Shown here: piece by piece, positions 22,876 through 35,700 of the stretch
How positions within the stretch are numbered: position 1 is the first letter of the stretch
How the letters are laid out: each line of letters opens with the position of its first letter
Assembly (NCBI RefSeq): GCF_006345805.1
Contig: NC_042998.1
Span: 28,892,001-28,956,000, forward strand
DNA: 64,000 nt
Direction: 5' to 3'
Source: Octopus sinensis
Taxonomy: Eukaryota
Position numbers and translations under genes: made by a program
The notes under the pieces: model-generated
Database searches by the model: none
Told to the model about the DNA's origin: nothing
The model's input: only the letters and a program-made list of their open reading frames with translations

Positions 22876-23982
22876 TGTGCTTTCAGATCCATTGTTCCAG
22901 AAATTAATTATTATTTTTATTTTATTCCTTATGAGAAGAAAACTGTTATTTGATTATTCTACCTAAGACATGTTTAGCTATGAGAAACCAGGTCGCAGTG
23001 ACATAGAATATTGCCTTAAGTAACTGAGAGATTTATGTATGTTTGTATTGGAGTTTGCGAGATAAGAGAGAGAAAAAAGCTGAGATAGAAAAGCTGTAGT
23101 GTTTACTATATGAATTTTTATGTTTATATTTTGTTTACATTTTCATCTGTTAAATATCAAAGTATCTTTCATACTACAAAACACAAAACAAAACAAAACT
23201 AAAAAAAAAAAAAAAACTTGATAAGATTTCTATCTGGAAATTCAGGGAGTTATGGATGATGAAAAGAAGGTAAAGGAAGGATCCAAATGATAATAAGAAA
23301 AAAAAGAAGAAGAAACGAACAAACAAAACATCTTGTATTTACATAATTGAAATTATTATGACAAGATACTATTTAGAACCTGTTTTTTTTTCACCTCATA
23401 TCATTTTAATTCGTTTTTATAATCTCCGTGTATTCTGTTATTTTCCGAACAGCAAACTGTGAGTTTGATAGCTGCAATCAGCCAGAGATACATCACATCT
23501 TTATCACTGTTTTCATTCTCATTAACGCTGATGCCCTCAGGTGAAACAACATCCTATTAGTTTTTGTAATTGAAACAGCAGATGAGGTATAATAACGGAT
23601 ACGAGAGATTTTATGTGACAGCTATGACAAAAAGTGCATAGAGGAAGGCAATTTGGAAGAGAAGAGCAGTTGTTTAGCCTCTAGAGTTATTACATGTGTT
23701 TACATGTATCTTGTGGGCGCTAGCAGAGCTGATATTGGTTTGCTTTGTAAGCAAGTGCTTCTGAAGTTCATGTCATTGCAGGGCACATTTGGCATGCGTC
23801 TTCTTCTGCAACATTGGATTGAGCTGTGTGAGGCAAATGTTACATATGCATGTGTATGTATGCATATATGCATGTGTATGTGCATGCGTGTATATATGCA
23901 TATATGTATGTGTATGTTTATGTATATAAATATATATGTGTGTGTGTATGTGTGTGTATATATATATATATATATGTATGTA

Positions 23983-24815
23983 TACTCTTTACTCTTTTAC
24001 TTGTTTCAGTCATTTGACTGTGGCCATACTGGAACACCACCTTTAGTTGAGCAAATCGACCCTAGGACTTATTCTTTGTAAGCCTAGTACTTATTTTATC
24101 GGTCTCTTTTGCCGAACCGCTAAGTTACGGGGACGTAAACACACCAGAATCGGTTGTCAAGAGATGCTGGAGGGGACAAACACAGACATAAACATATACA
24201 CGCACATATATATATATATATATACACACGATGGGCTGCTTTCAGTTTCCGTCGACCAAATCCACTCACAAGTCTTTGGTCAGCTCTAGGCTATAGTAGA
24301 AGACACTTGCCCAAGTTTCCACGCAGTGGGACTGAACCCGGAATCATGTGGTGCGTAAGCAAGCTACATACTACACAGCCACTCCTGCGCATATATATAT
24401 ATATGAACATATTCTTTTATTCTTTTACTTGGTTCAGTCATTTGACTGTGGCCATGCTGGAGCACCAGCTTTTGTCGAACAATTCAACCCCTAGACTTAT
24501 TCTTTGTAAGCCTTGTATTTATTCTATCAGTCACTTTTGCTGGACCGCTAGGTTTCGGGGAAGTAAACACCAACATTCGTTATCAAACGATGGCGGAGGG
24601 ACAAACACAGAATGACACACAGACAGACATGCGCATATATATATACATATATACGATGGGCTTCTTTCAGTTTCCATTTACCAAATCCACTCAAAAGGCT
24701 TTGGTCAGACCAAGGCTATAGTAGAAGACACTTGCCCAAGATACCAAGCAGTGGGACTGAACCTGGAACCATGTGGCTGGGAAGCAAACTTCTTACCATA
24801 CAGCCATGCCTGCAC
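23983..24815 (-). mobile_element. Two adjacent family B/C SINEs
   Basis: 23983-24390 and about 24413-24815, same orientation but diverged from each other. Confidence 0.85.
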
Positions 24816-25278
24816 CTAATATGTATAATGTATGTGTGTGTGTATGTGTGTGTGTGTGTGTGTGTATTATTGTTGAAGAACTATTGATGGTGACTTTGGT
24901 GTTTTGGCCAGTTAAGCCATCATTAGATATGAGGCATTGGAAATTAATCTCGGCTTTATATAGTCTCTGTGGGTTTGAGTGAAATGGTAATTAGGTTTTT
25001 TTAGGATGGGTTGTTATGGAGAGGTGCTTTGCAGAAATTTCTGTTGATTTTAATATATGCATGTATATGTATATACGCATGTGTCTGTGTGCATATATAT
25101 AAATATGTGTGTATGTGTTTTACATATACATATATATGTGTGTGTGTGTATATATTGCGTATATATCGAGCATTAAACTGATGCATGTTTGTTGTTTACA
25201 CGTCCGTCTTAGTCTTTTGTTTTCTTTGTTGTTTTGTAAATTCCAACTATATATATATATATCATCATCATCATCATC

Positions 25279-25321
<43 letters not shown>

Positions 25322-25642
25322 TATATATACGCTTCATTAAACACATGACTATGTTCCAGTTTTATCTTTCCTGTTACAGATTTTTCATATTTTCATATCA
25401 GCTTTTGCAGTTAGTTTGGAACAATCAATTTCCTCCCATTATCAAGAACCGAAATAAATTTGGCATCTCTATTGCTTCTTTTATAATGGTAGAATTTTTG
25501 TGGGTTTTACTGCCGAAGTTTTTGATTATTAAACTTCTATGTCAGCAGTCGCTAGCTAATTTGCTACAATGTGGTCAAATGTGTTTTTGACCATTAAATT
25601 TTCCTGTTTGTAACCACAAGCTCATTTGTAATTCTGTTCTTG

Positions 25643-25846
25643 CTAACCCTTTTGTTACCAAAGTTCTCTTGAAGTACACCGCCTTGTTTCAATTAATTTT
25701 GAATTACTTTGTCATTTTTAAATTGGTGTTTGGAACAGAAATTAACAAGGAATTCTGATGGAAGGTTTTAATATAGTTTACTTTGAAACAGGAAGTTTAT
25801 ATCTTAGAGCCATGGTGGTCTGGGCTAGTTGGTACTAAAAGGGTCA
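25643..25846. mobile_element. Diverged TTAA/CCC MITE relative (monomer)
   Basis: TAACCCTTTTGTTACC ... GGTACTAAAAGGGTCA termini. Confidence 0.6.
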
Positions 25847-25887
25847 TATAATATCGATCTCTCTGTCCATCAGTTCCTCTGTCTATC

Positions 25888-25922
<35 letters not shown>

Positions 25923-26283
25923 TTATATAATGATAAGATCATTATTTAAATATTTCAAGCGTGGTGATATCTCTTAAATACTCTAAATTATAATTTCATA
26001 TATATATATCAAAGTTCAAGGAGGAAGAGAAGACAGATTAGTTTATCATCCTCCTAGTCTGGCCAGTACATATTCAAATTAGGAATGCAATCAAATATAT
26101 ACACACGAGCAGGTGAGATGTTTAAAAGATTTACAACAGTCCTTGAATGAAGTAAAATTAAATAGAGTAAGGTGATTTAAAATTGTCCTTGAATTAAATA
26201 AAGCAGTTCACGAATGAAATAAAAATATAATGAAGTGAGGTATCTCACAATCGCTTCAGAGAATACACAAAGCAAAAGCTTAT

Positions 26284-26485
26284 TCTTTTGCCTTTGGTGA
26301 CTGCATTTCCTTCATCAGAAATAGAATTTTTAAAAGTTTAGTTTTTTAAAAGTTGACTCTTGAAAAGGTTGCAAGATGCAACAAAAATTTCAGGAAAATA
26401 AAAATAAGAAATATGTGGAAATTTTACTGGTGAGTGTGTTACATTATAAGGCACAAAAAGAAAATGACTCTCCCCAGACACAACA

Positions 26486-26490
<5 letters not shown>
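26284..26490 (-). mobile_element. Copy of the 6704/49700 repeat family with a decayed CTGATGA hammerhead-like core
   Basis: Homology to 49755-49895; minus strand TTTCTGATGAAGGAAATGCAGTCACCAAAG. Confidence 0.6.
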
Positions 26491-26549
<59 letters not shown>

Positions 26550-27395
26550 TATATTTGTGTATGTATGTTAAAAGAGGAGATTAGATAAAATTTTGGGGGT
26601 ATTATTTATTCCCCTTTATGCCTGTTTCATTTGTTAATAAGAGTTCCAAAGTCGTACATTTGGAAGAAAACATGTAAGATATCCCCCTATTTGAAATTCT
26701 TCAGACAGAGAATCAAGCACACCACTGGAATTAGCAGATGTGCTTCAAGAGGATGTAGCTTGGATTTAAACCTCCATCTACATAGACTGTGTGCATATAT
26801 ATCTATACAATGCAGTAGCTATTAGTAAAAGGTCTGTGAAGGTTATTATCATGACCAGTTCTGAATCTAAGAATCTTTTAACCCTACCAAAAGATTAGAG
26901 ATCTCCAAGCAAATGCAATTTGTTAGACCTCTTGGAGAAGGAAATGTTAATATATCGCAACAGATGGTAAAGCACTTTCTGAATTTACCATCCATAGTTA
27001 TCTAAGCTGATTAAAAGGTTACAATGGGAACAAGCAGAAAGTGTAAGAAAGAATGAGAGAGAAAGGCTGGGAGAAGAAGGAGAGATATTGTTTTTTTTTT
27101 CTTTTTTCTGTCATTTGTTGGAATTTTGTGTCTTGCTTCAAGTCCGTGTGATTTCCTTGAGTTGACTACTTTATTTAAGTCCTTTAATTTTATTTATCTA
27201 AGTTGTGTTGCTTTCCTGTTTTTTTTTCTTATTTATTCTGGTGGGATCAAGGAAGAGATTAGGCTTCCTGGGCATCTTATTATCTCCTTGTATTTTGCAT
27301 AGGCATCCACAAAATGTGCTAAGCGAGAGAAATACATACACACAGACAGAAGCATATACACATGCATGCACAAGCACACACACACAGAGATTTAT

Positions 27396-27427
<32 letters not shown>

Positions 27428-28228
27428 TGGCTATTGTTTCTATATTGAAATGTGTGTGTATATATATATATATATATATAATATATATATATATGTGTGT
27501 GTGTGTGTGTCTGTGTGTGTGTGTGTCTTGTTTCAGTCAATGGATTGTGGCTATGCATGGCATCATTTTGAAGAATTTTAGACAAATAGATCGATCTCAT
27601 TGCTTATTCTTTTCTTTACAAGTCTGGTATTTATTTCACACCAACACCAGTTGTGAAGCAGAGGTTGTGGGTGTGTATGCAAATGTGTGTGTGTGTTTAG
27701 TAGTTTGAATATTATTCAGAGAGTTTATTAGTTGCTTCTTGGCATTTTCCATCCTGTTTCATATATAGTGTACTGAGGTTGACTCAAAACATTGACTCAT
27801 CGACCTAAGTGACTCAATATTTTGAATAATTCTGCTGAGTTCTCTTCATTTCATATCCTGTTACCAGTCCTGTTTCACTGGCAAAGTTAAGAATCTCCAC
27901 TCTCAGACAGTGTCCACACCCCCAACCTGTTTGTAATAATTTCAATGGTAGGCGCAACAATTATACTAAAAACAGTAGCAACACAGTATAATCGAGAATG
28001 CTTCATTAACTTCCCAGATACAAACCCTAGATAGGCTTCGTAAAGAAACTCGTCAAGTGGCAATCCTCTATTGCAGTATGTCCCATGACTCATTATTTTA
28101 TATTCTTTTTATTGTTCAATGGTTTACAGAATTATCAATACAACACATTATTTACATTTGACAGATATTTGTCATCATCTTGTTTGTTGATATACCTTCC
28201 TGTGTGTGTATATATATAAGTATATGTA

Positions 28229-28265
<37 letters not shown>

Positions 28266-28361
28266 AGCTTCTTTCAGTTTCCATCTACTAGATCCACTCG
28301 CAAGACTTTGGTTGACCTGAGGCTGAAGTAGATGGAAACTGAAAGAAGCCTGCTGTATGTG

Positions 28362-28407
<46 letters not shown>

Positions 28408-28451
28408 TTGTTTACATTTGATGGATATTTGTCCTCGTCTTGTTTGTTGTT

Positions 28452-28497
28452 AACACAATGTTTCGGCTGATATACCCTCCAGCATTCATCAGGTGTC
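28452..28497 (-). ncRNA. Minimal type I hammerhead ribozyme motif (core intact)
   Basis: GACAC-CUGAUGA-A-UGCUG-GAGGGUAUAU-CAGCC-GAA-ACAU-U-GUGUU. Confidence 0.65.
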
Positions 28498-28561
28498 TTG
28501 GGGAAATTTCAAAACTGGGTTCTCATTCCTAAGGTATTTTTCGATATTATTATTATTATTC

Positions 28562-28635
28562 AGGTCACTGCCTGGAATCAAACTCGGAATCTTGGGGATA
28601 GTGGCCCGCGCTCTTAACCACTAAGCCATACACCC
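28562..28635 (-). promoter_or_regulatory. tRNA-like segment with Pol III A/B boxes inside the PLE terminal repeat (not a functional tRNA)
   Basis: GGGTGTATGGCTTAGTGGTTAAGAGC...CCGAGTTTGATTCCAGG. Confidence 0.6.
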
Positions 28636-28817
28636 GTGGGCAATTACAGAGTGAATTTTAGTGCTTATAAATCTAATATTTTCCTATCCTTCCCATATGC
28701 TATTCATATCTGCACTCGGTCTGCTTAGGAGGTTGTTGTGTCCTAGCATATATGCTGCTTCTTTTAGTTTCCATATTTTCCAGTGGTGTTCTCTGTCTTA
28801 TTTTAACTTTGTCTCAA

Positions 28818-28860
28818 GACACCTGATGAAGGCTGGAGGGTATATCAGCCAAAACGTGTT
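28818..28860 (+). ncRNA. Decayed hammerhead motif in the inverted PLE repeat
   Basis: GACAC-CUGAUGA-A-GGCUG...CAGCC-AAAACGUGUU (G12 changed to A, 3-nt deletion). Confidence 0.55.
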
Positions 28861-29169
28861 AACAACAAACAAGATGACAAATATCTGTCAAATGTAAATA
28901 ATATAAATAATTCCTCATCTCTGAAATATAGAACTGTATAATCAAAATAACAGTTTCAAATTTTGGTATAGCACTTGCAGTTTTCAGGCGAAGGATCCTA
29001 GTTGATTACATCAACCTCAGTATCTGCCAAGTACTTATTTTGTTGACCCTAAAGAAGATGAAAGGCAAAGTTGACCTCAGTGGAATTTGAACTCAGAACA
29101 AGGATTTTGTGTGGCAAGCTAATGGTTCTGCCAGTTCATCACCTTAAAATTATTAATATGACCATAAGT

Positions 29170-29395
29170 GAAGGTGGTGAGCTGACAGAATCATTAGCAC
29201 ACTGGACAAGATGCTTGGTGGCATTATACCCGTCGTTGTTCTGAGTTCAAATTCTACCAAGGTTAACTTTACATTTTATCCCTTTCAGGGTTGATAAAAT
29301 AAAGTACCGGTTGATCACTGAGGTCGACATAATTGACGTACCCCTCCCTCGAATTTGCTGGCCTTGTGCCAAAATTTCAAACCATAAGTTTGAAC
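29170..29395 (+). mobile_element. Family A SINE variant (alternative 3' end)
   Basis: GGTGGTGAGCTGACAGAA...GAATTTGCTGGCCTTGTGCCAAAATTTCAAAC; a reverse fragment lies at 28960-29150. Confidence 0.8.
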
Positions 29396-29639
29396 CTTGG
29401 TTATCTTGTTTTCACTTTCTGTTTTATTATTCCATTATTTACTTTCTTTTAAGATAAGAAGATTGCTGATAATTCCCTTCTGAAACTCTTTCTGTTTTCT
29501 CCTTTTTAGTTTTTTTCTTTTAAACACTGCTGCTGGTTTGTGCCAAATATCAAAAACTTCACTAGTACAAAAGTCGTGTGTCTGGGGAATTTCCCGATTC
29601 AGAAACAAAATGATTAACCTATCAGCATTCTGATTTATT

Positions 29640-29840
29640 CAGTCAAATTTAATGGGTGTTTATTCAAATTGTTTTGAATTAATCAAACCATTATCTTATG
29701 GCTTTGAGATTCTTGTGATGTGATTTAAGAAATTTTTTAAATGATGTTGTAGGGTAAATGTGAGACACCAGATCTAGTCTGGCTTTTCATAAAACAGAAT
29801 ATTCGTGCTGGATATGGTCAGTTTAAATGCTAAAGGATTA
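29640..29840. mobile_element. Second TTAA-type MITE family copy
   Basis: Ends GTTTAAATGCTAAAGGATTAA; homologous to 15565-15775. Confidence 0.6.
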
Positions 29841-31239
29841 AACTATTTGATTCCTGGTATTGGTACAAGGCCACAAATTTATAGCGGAGTGGTTCGTTTA
29901 ATTATTATATGTATATCTCTGATATTTATTCCATTAATGAGAGATGAAAGGTAGTGTTGATCTCAGTTAATTGGAACTCATTAAGAACTGTAAAATGTTT
30001 ATTACCTTGTAGTTACTTATCCACCCTTGTCACTTCACTTGTAATCACCTTCCTGTTAATTAAAGGTGTGCCCTCACAATTCTTTACCACCCATACTCTT
30101 TCTTTTCCAACTGGGACAACCATGTATCTTCCCTACAATTAGACACCTATTTCTCTCCCTGTATCATACTTTAATTTCTCATCACCTGGCATAATGCCAC
30201 CCTCCTCAATACCCATCACTTCTTCAGGTGTGTGGGGGGTCTTGTCTTGTGAGTTGCTTAGTAACATCACTAGTGCCAATGCCACATAAAAAGCACCCAA
30301 TACACCCTGTAAAGGGCATCCAGTCAAAGCAGACATTGGAGCCTGATGCAATCTTCTTGCTCACCAGCTCCTGTCAAACCATCCTACCCATGCCCGCATG
30401 GAAAATTTACATTAAAGGATGATAATGATTATAATGATGGTGATGATAACTCTACCATTTTTGCTATTGAACTGCTCCTTAAAATGATTGAATTATGAAA
30501 AACAAACGAAAGTGGAATTCAAGACTCTTCCCTGAGAATATTCTCTCTTTCAAAATAAAGACTGTCCTTGTGAACAGAGATGGGCAAGGAGCATAAAAAC
30601 TCTCTTTTTTTTTCTCATTAAGGCATCATCACTTATTTTACTCAATGAACCACCAACCCTTAAGTCGGTCCCGTTTATTGCAGAAAATTACATTAGGTCC
30701 TGAAGAAAAGCATGTAACTCTGCTTGCTTTTGACCAACCTGAAAGGAAAATAAGTAAGCACTGCCATTTCATGGTTGAATGAATAGCTTCAGGCTGGTTG
30801 TTAGTCTGTAAAAACACCTGCTCTAACAATTCATGTAAATATCTGGCTATAAATTGCTTGCCTGTAAACCGAAGGAGAGATTAGCTATTAGAGACAAGAG
30901 GTCATGCGTGTATGAGAGAACTGGAGATAGATAGAGAGAGAGGGGGAGGGAGGGAGGTGTGATTGAAGTTAATAATATAATAGGAATGTATTTGTGGAAC
31001 AGTAAAAGAAATAGGTTGTAAGTTGGTGAAGATATCGATTGTATTTCAAACATTGGTAAGTTAAGGAAGATATTGAGTGAGGACTCTAAAGCAGACAAGA
31101 AAATATGAAGAATTGAAAGAAATGGAAAGCTGTGAACTCTCCAATCTTATGTTTATATATTGTGTCAAAACGGTAATTTTCTGTAAAAATAGGAAGGCTG
31201 CTATTCAGAATTTTTGTTACATCTGAATGATATTAGCAT

Positions 31240-31795
31240 TCATCATCATCATCATCATTTAACGTCCGCATTCCCTGCTAGCATGGGTTGGAGGAATGAC
31301 TGAGGGATGGTGAACCACATGGCTGCACCAGGCTCCAATCTTGATCTGGCAGAGTTTCTACAGCTGGATGCCCTACTGTACGCCAACCACTCCAAGAGTG
31401 TAATGGGTGCTTTTTACGGGTGCCAGTCAGGCGTTACTGGCAACGACCTCGCTCGAATCTTTTTACACATGCCACCGGCACAGGTGCCAGTAAGGCGATG
31501 CTGGTATAGATCACACTTGAATGGTGTCTTTTACGTGCCACCGGCACGGAGGCCTGGTAGCCGTTCTGGCAACAATCACACTCGGATGGTGCTCTTAATA
31601 CCCTACTAGCATGGGGCTTGAGTGCCAGTAAGGCAATGCTGGTAATGATCACGCTTGAATGGTGTATTTTACGTGCCACTGGCACGGAGGCCTGGTAGCC
31701 GCTCTGGCAACAATCACACTCGGATGGTGCTCTTAATACCCTACTAGCACGGGGCTTGAGTGCCAGTAAAGCGATGCTGGTAATGATCACGCTCA
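31240..31795 (-). mobile_element. Family D retroposon with an internal 138-bp tandem repeat
   Basis: (CAT)n end at 31240; GTGCCAGTAA recurs at 31484, 31622 and 31760. Confidence 0.85.
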
Positions 31796-32542
31796 AATTG
31801 TGTAGCATTGTAATATAATTATATAGACAGACACATACAAGCGTAGAAGAGCAGATTTAAAAATAATGATGTTGGTCAAATATAAATGTGTGTGTGTGTT
31901 TATGCATTTCTTCATTTAACATCAGTTTTTCCATGCTAGAGTATACTCTTTACTCTTTTACTCTTTTACTTGTTTCAGTCATTTGACTGTGACCATGCTG
32001 GAGCACCACCTTTAGTCGAGCAAATCGGCCCCAGGACTTATTCTTTGTAAGCCATATACTTATTCTATCGGTCTCTTTTGCCAAAAAGATAAGTTACCTT
32101 GGTTGAGAACAACTGTTCTAACCCATGCTAGCATGGAAAAACAAAGGTAAAGACGAGTTAACAAATGTAGGTATGCAATTACACTTACATATACATATGT
32201 ATGTAGGTATCTCTTTTGTATTTAATCATTTAGTTTCTTCCTCTGAAGAAGGTACTGGTTTCTAACAAAGATACAAAGCTCCACTATTGGAATGTAGATA
32301 ACGAAAACAATGTCAGGTTTTAAACTTCAGAAAAGTCTTGCATGTATGCATGTATGTATGTAATGTACGTACATATGTATATATGTATCTATGCATGTAT
32401 GTAATGTATGTATGTCATTCAGTTTATTTCAAGATTTCTTGCCAATAGAGAAAGAACTGGTTTCTAACCTAGATCCAAGGTTCCTTCATGTGAATTTCAA
32501 CATCAACAACAGGGTATTTTTGTTTGTATGTATGTATGTATG

Positions 32543-32587
<45 letters not shown>

Positions 32588-32769
32588 CAAAATGGGACAA
32601 GAATGCAAAACATCCGGACAACTAGGTGATACAAAAATGGGACAACAAAACATCCAGATAGCCGATACAAAGAAAACAAGGATGGGTCATTTGAAGTTTT
32701 CTTTCCTCGGTCAAGCGTGCAGATTTGTATGTTTTATGTATGTATTCTCATGCATATAGCTACATATCT

Positions 32770-32945
32770 AGACATGCTCATATATATGTAAATGATAAAC
32801 TTCTGGAAAGTGTCACAGATTTTTACAGTTCCAGTGATGGATTGGATCTGTAGTCTTCGAATTAGCTTTCTCCTTTCTGGTTTTGAGAAGCCTTATTTCT
32901 CAAGATTGGTATTTAGGCAATGTGTTCCATAATTACAATAATTAC
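32770..32945 (-). mobile_element. RLE-type LINE extreme C-terminus (5'-truncated)
   Basis: Minus translation GTHCLNTNLEK*GFSKPERRKLIRRLQIQSITGTVKICDTFQKFII resembles R2-superfamily ORF ends. Confidence 0.6.
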
Positions 32946-34376
32946 AAGTATATATATGTATGTGTGTATATTCATGTGTGTATGTATGTGTATGTGTGTA
33001 CGTATATATTTATGTGTGTGTATGTATGTATTAGCATTTCATTCACTAGGTTACCAAAATGCCATAAAACCTATACTAATAAATAACAAACATGACCTTT
33101 TCTGACCTACAGCAGGTAGTCTGTAGCATAGGCAAGTATTCTTCCCCAACTTTATCTCTGTCTGTCTGTCTCCCCAGCCACCTATTATTCTGACCTACAC
33201 ACACTATTACAGCTTTCACTTCTGTTTACTTCAAAATTTTTCTTACCATTTCCAAACTTTCCTTTTTCTTCTTCTTCTTATCCTCAAATTCTTTTTCTTT
33301 TCCTAAACTTTCAGTATCTTTGTTTGTTCTTTAACTCACCTCGAGTTTATTTCATTTTTATAATCTTTTTCTTTAAAGTTCTTATCTCTTATCTTTTTTG
33401 TCTTTATTTTCATTCCATTTCTACTTCATACTTTCCAGGATAATTCTGTATATTTGAAAGAAATCTTTTGCTTCCATTCATGTTTTCTTTATAGATTTTT
33501 ATACATTTTCTTTGAGTGGGGAGGCAGTTTTTTTTTTCCTGTTTGTTTTTATTTTTGTCTGAGAGATTTAGTATTCGTTGTGAAATAATAAATAATAATG
33601 TAGAGCAAGAATTTCACCTTTTAAAAGTATGTAAATAAATAAACAAGTAAACGGTTACAAAATAGAGAAAAATAGCAAAAGAGTGTTTGAGTGTGTATGT
33701 GTGAGTTTATCAAAAAACAAGATATCTGAGAATATTTACAATAAAATATAACATGCGTGTATACACACACACACACACACATATATGTTTATATTTATGT
33801 CGATATAATTTTTTATATTCATATGTATAAGTACAGATTGCTTAAAGTAGATTGAATGCTTAGTAGAGGGGGGGGATCCCAAAAAGATATGGAAATATGG
33901 AATGAGATAGTGAAGACTGCAAAAGGGTCTGTAATGGAACATCACCCAAAAAAGCGGAAGGGGGGTCTACTGTCACAAGTGTAGGTCAATGAAATGAAAC
34001 CAGAAATTTGAACCAAATGCAAAGGAAGTGTTGCATAACAATACACACTGGTTAAGCCATGGCGATATAAACAGACCAACACCAGTTAAGTGTTGGTTGG
34101 GGGCAAACACCCACCCACCCACACACATATCATCTTCACTTAACATCTACTTTCCATGCTGGCATGGGTTGGATGGTTTGACTGAGGATTGGAAAGCCAG
34201 GAGGCTGTACCAGGCACCAATCTGATATAGATATATATATATATATATATATACAGCAAGCTTCTTTCAGTTTCTGTTAACCAAATTCACTCAAGGCTTT
34301 GGTCAATCACGGCTATATATATATATATATATACACACATATAAAAGGCAGTATATATATATACACATATATAAAA

Positions 34377-34606
34377 GGCGGCAAACTGGCAGAAACGTTA
34401 GCATGCCGGGCGAATGCGGAGCCGTATTTCGTCTGCCGTTACGTTCTGGGTTCAAATTCCGCCGAAGTCGACTTTGCCTTTCATCCTGTCGGGGTCGATA
34501 AATTAAGTACCAGTTACACACTGGAGTCAATGTAATCGACTTAATTCCTTTGTCTGTCCTTGTTTGTCCCCTCTGTGTTTAGCCCCTTATGGGTAGTAAA
34601 GAAATA
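34377..34606 (+). mobile_element. Family A SINE
   Basis: Full length, CpG-rich copy. Confidence 0.9.
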
Positions 34607-34631
34607 TATATATATATATATACACACATAC

Positions 34632-34666
<35 letters not shown>

Positions 34667-34919
34667 TGTATATATGTTTATTTTTGTGCGTCTGTATTTG
34701 TCACCTCACCATCGCTTGACAGCTGATTTTGTTGAGTTTACATCCCCGTAACTTAGCAGTTCAGCAAGAGGGACTGATAGAATAAGTATTAGGCTTACAA
34801 AGAATAAGTCCCGAGATCCATTCGTGTGACTAAAGGCGATGCTCCAGCATGGCCGCAGTCAATTGACTGAAACAGGTAAGAGAATAAGAGAACAAATTTA
34901 TGTTCATGCGTGTGTTTGT

Positions 34920-34950
<31 letters not shown>

Positions 34951-35397
34951 CGTGCAAATGTGTAATTAGGACAAGAGACCTACTTTCACTTTCCGTTGAA
35001 AGGATTAGTAAAGAAGGAGGAAGAAAGAAAATAAAATAATCTCGGTGGATGCGCATGTATTTGTTCTGTGTATTTGTTTATGTGTGAATATATTTGCTCT
35101 CTAACATAAAAACAAACTCATATGATTTTTGTCAACATGTGAACGTGCACAGACATAGCCACATATTGAGAGACAGCGCACACAAGCATTTCTGTCTTGT
35201 ACTTCTTTATATCTTGTACTTCTTTATATAATGTACTTCTTTATGGTTTGTATTTTCATGAGAGTATTTGTGGATTTTCCTCAAGAACATACATTTATGT
35301 TTCTGTGTATGAATTACTATCTTATTCTTTTTACGTCTGCACACATACACATATAAATGTATACACATGTATGTATGTGTCTCTTAATATATATATG

Positions 35398-35433
<36 letters not shown>

Positions 35434-35442
35434 ATATATATG

Positions 35443-35510
<68 letters not shown>

Positions 35511-35667
35511 TATATGTTTGTGTTGATACATAATGCATGTGTGTATATGTGTGTGTTAAATGGATGCTAAATGATGATGATATGCATGTTAGATAGTCTG
35601 TATCTTGACTCATTACACAGTTTCTTATAACCCATGGCAGAACAGTCTATATTGATCAGTCTCTCTA

Positions 35668-35700
<33 letters not shown>

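Larger units (their letters stand above)
28407..28937 (-). mobile_element. Penelope-like element 3' end: GIY-YIG C-terminus, terminal repeat, and an inverted terminal-repeat copy at the 5' junction
   Basis: Minus 28640-28810 translates as KVKI / DREHHWKIWKLKEAAYMLGHNNLLSRPSADMNSIW; repeat at 28407-28640 (-) and an inverted partial copy at 28813-28937 (+); another fragment at about 28147-28200. Confidence 0.8.

Noticed and set aside
28562-28635. Possible tRNA gene (also the SINE heads)
   Set aside because: Acceptor and anticodon arms do not pair properly; embedded in repeats.
30684-30770. Overlapping exon candidates on both strands (KITLGPEEKHVTLLAFDQ; VGQKQAELHAFLQDL)
   Set aside because: Each has only one good splice site; no homology recognised.
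22300-31800. CRISPR-like arrays suggested by modular D-family repeats
   Set aside because: Eukaryotic retroposon modules with no unique spacers and no cas genes.
32235-32720. CTGAAGA at 32243 and a CCGAGGA-like motif near 32705 as further hammerheads
   Set aside because: No correctly spaced GAAA or stems I and III could be drawn.
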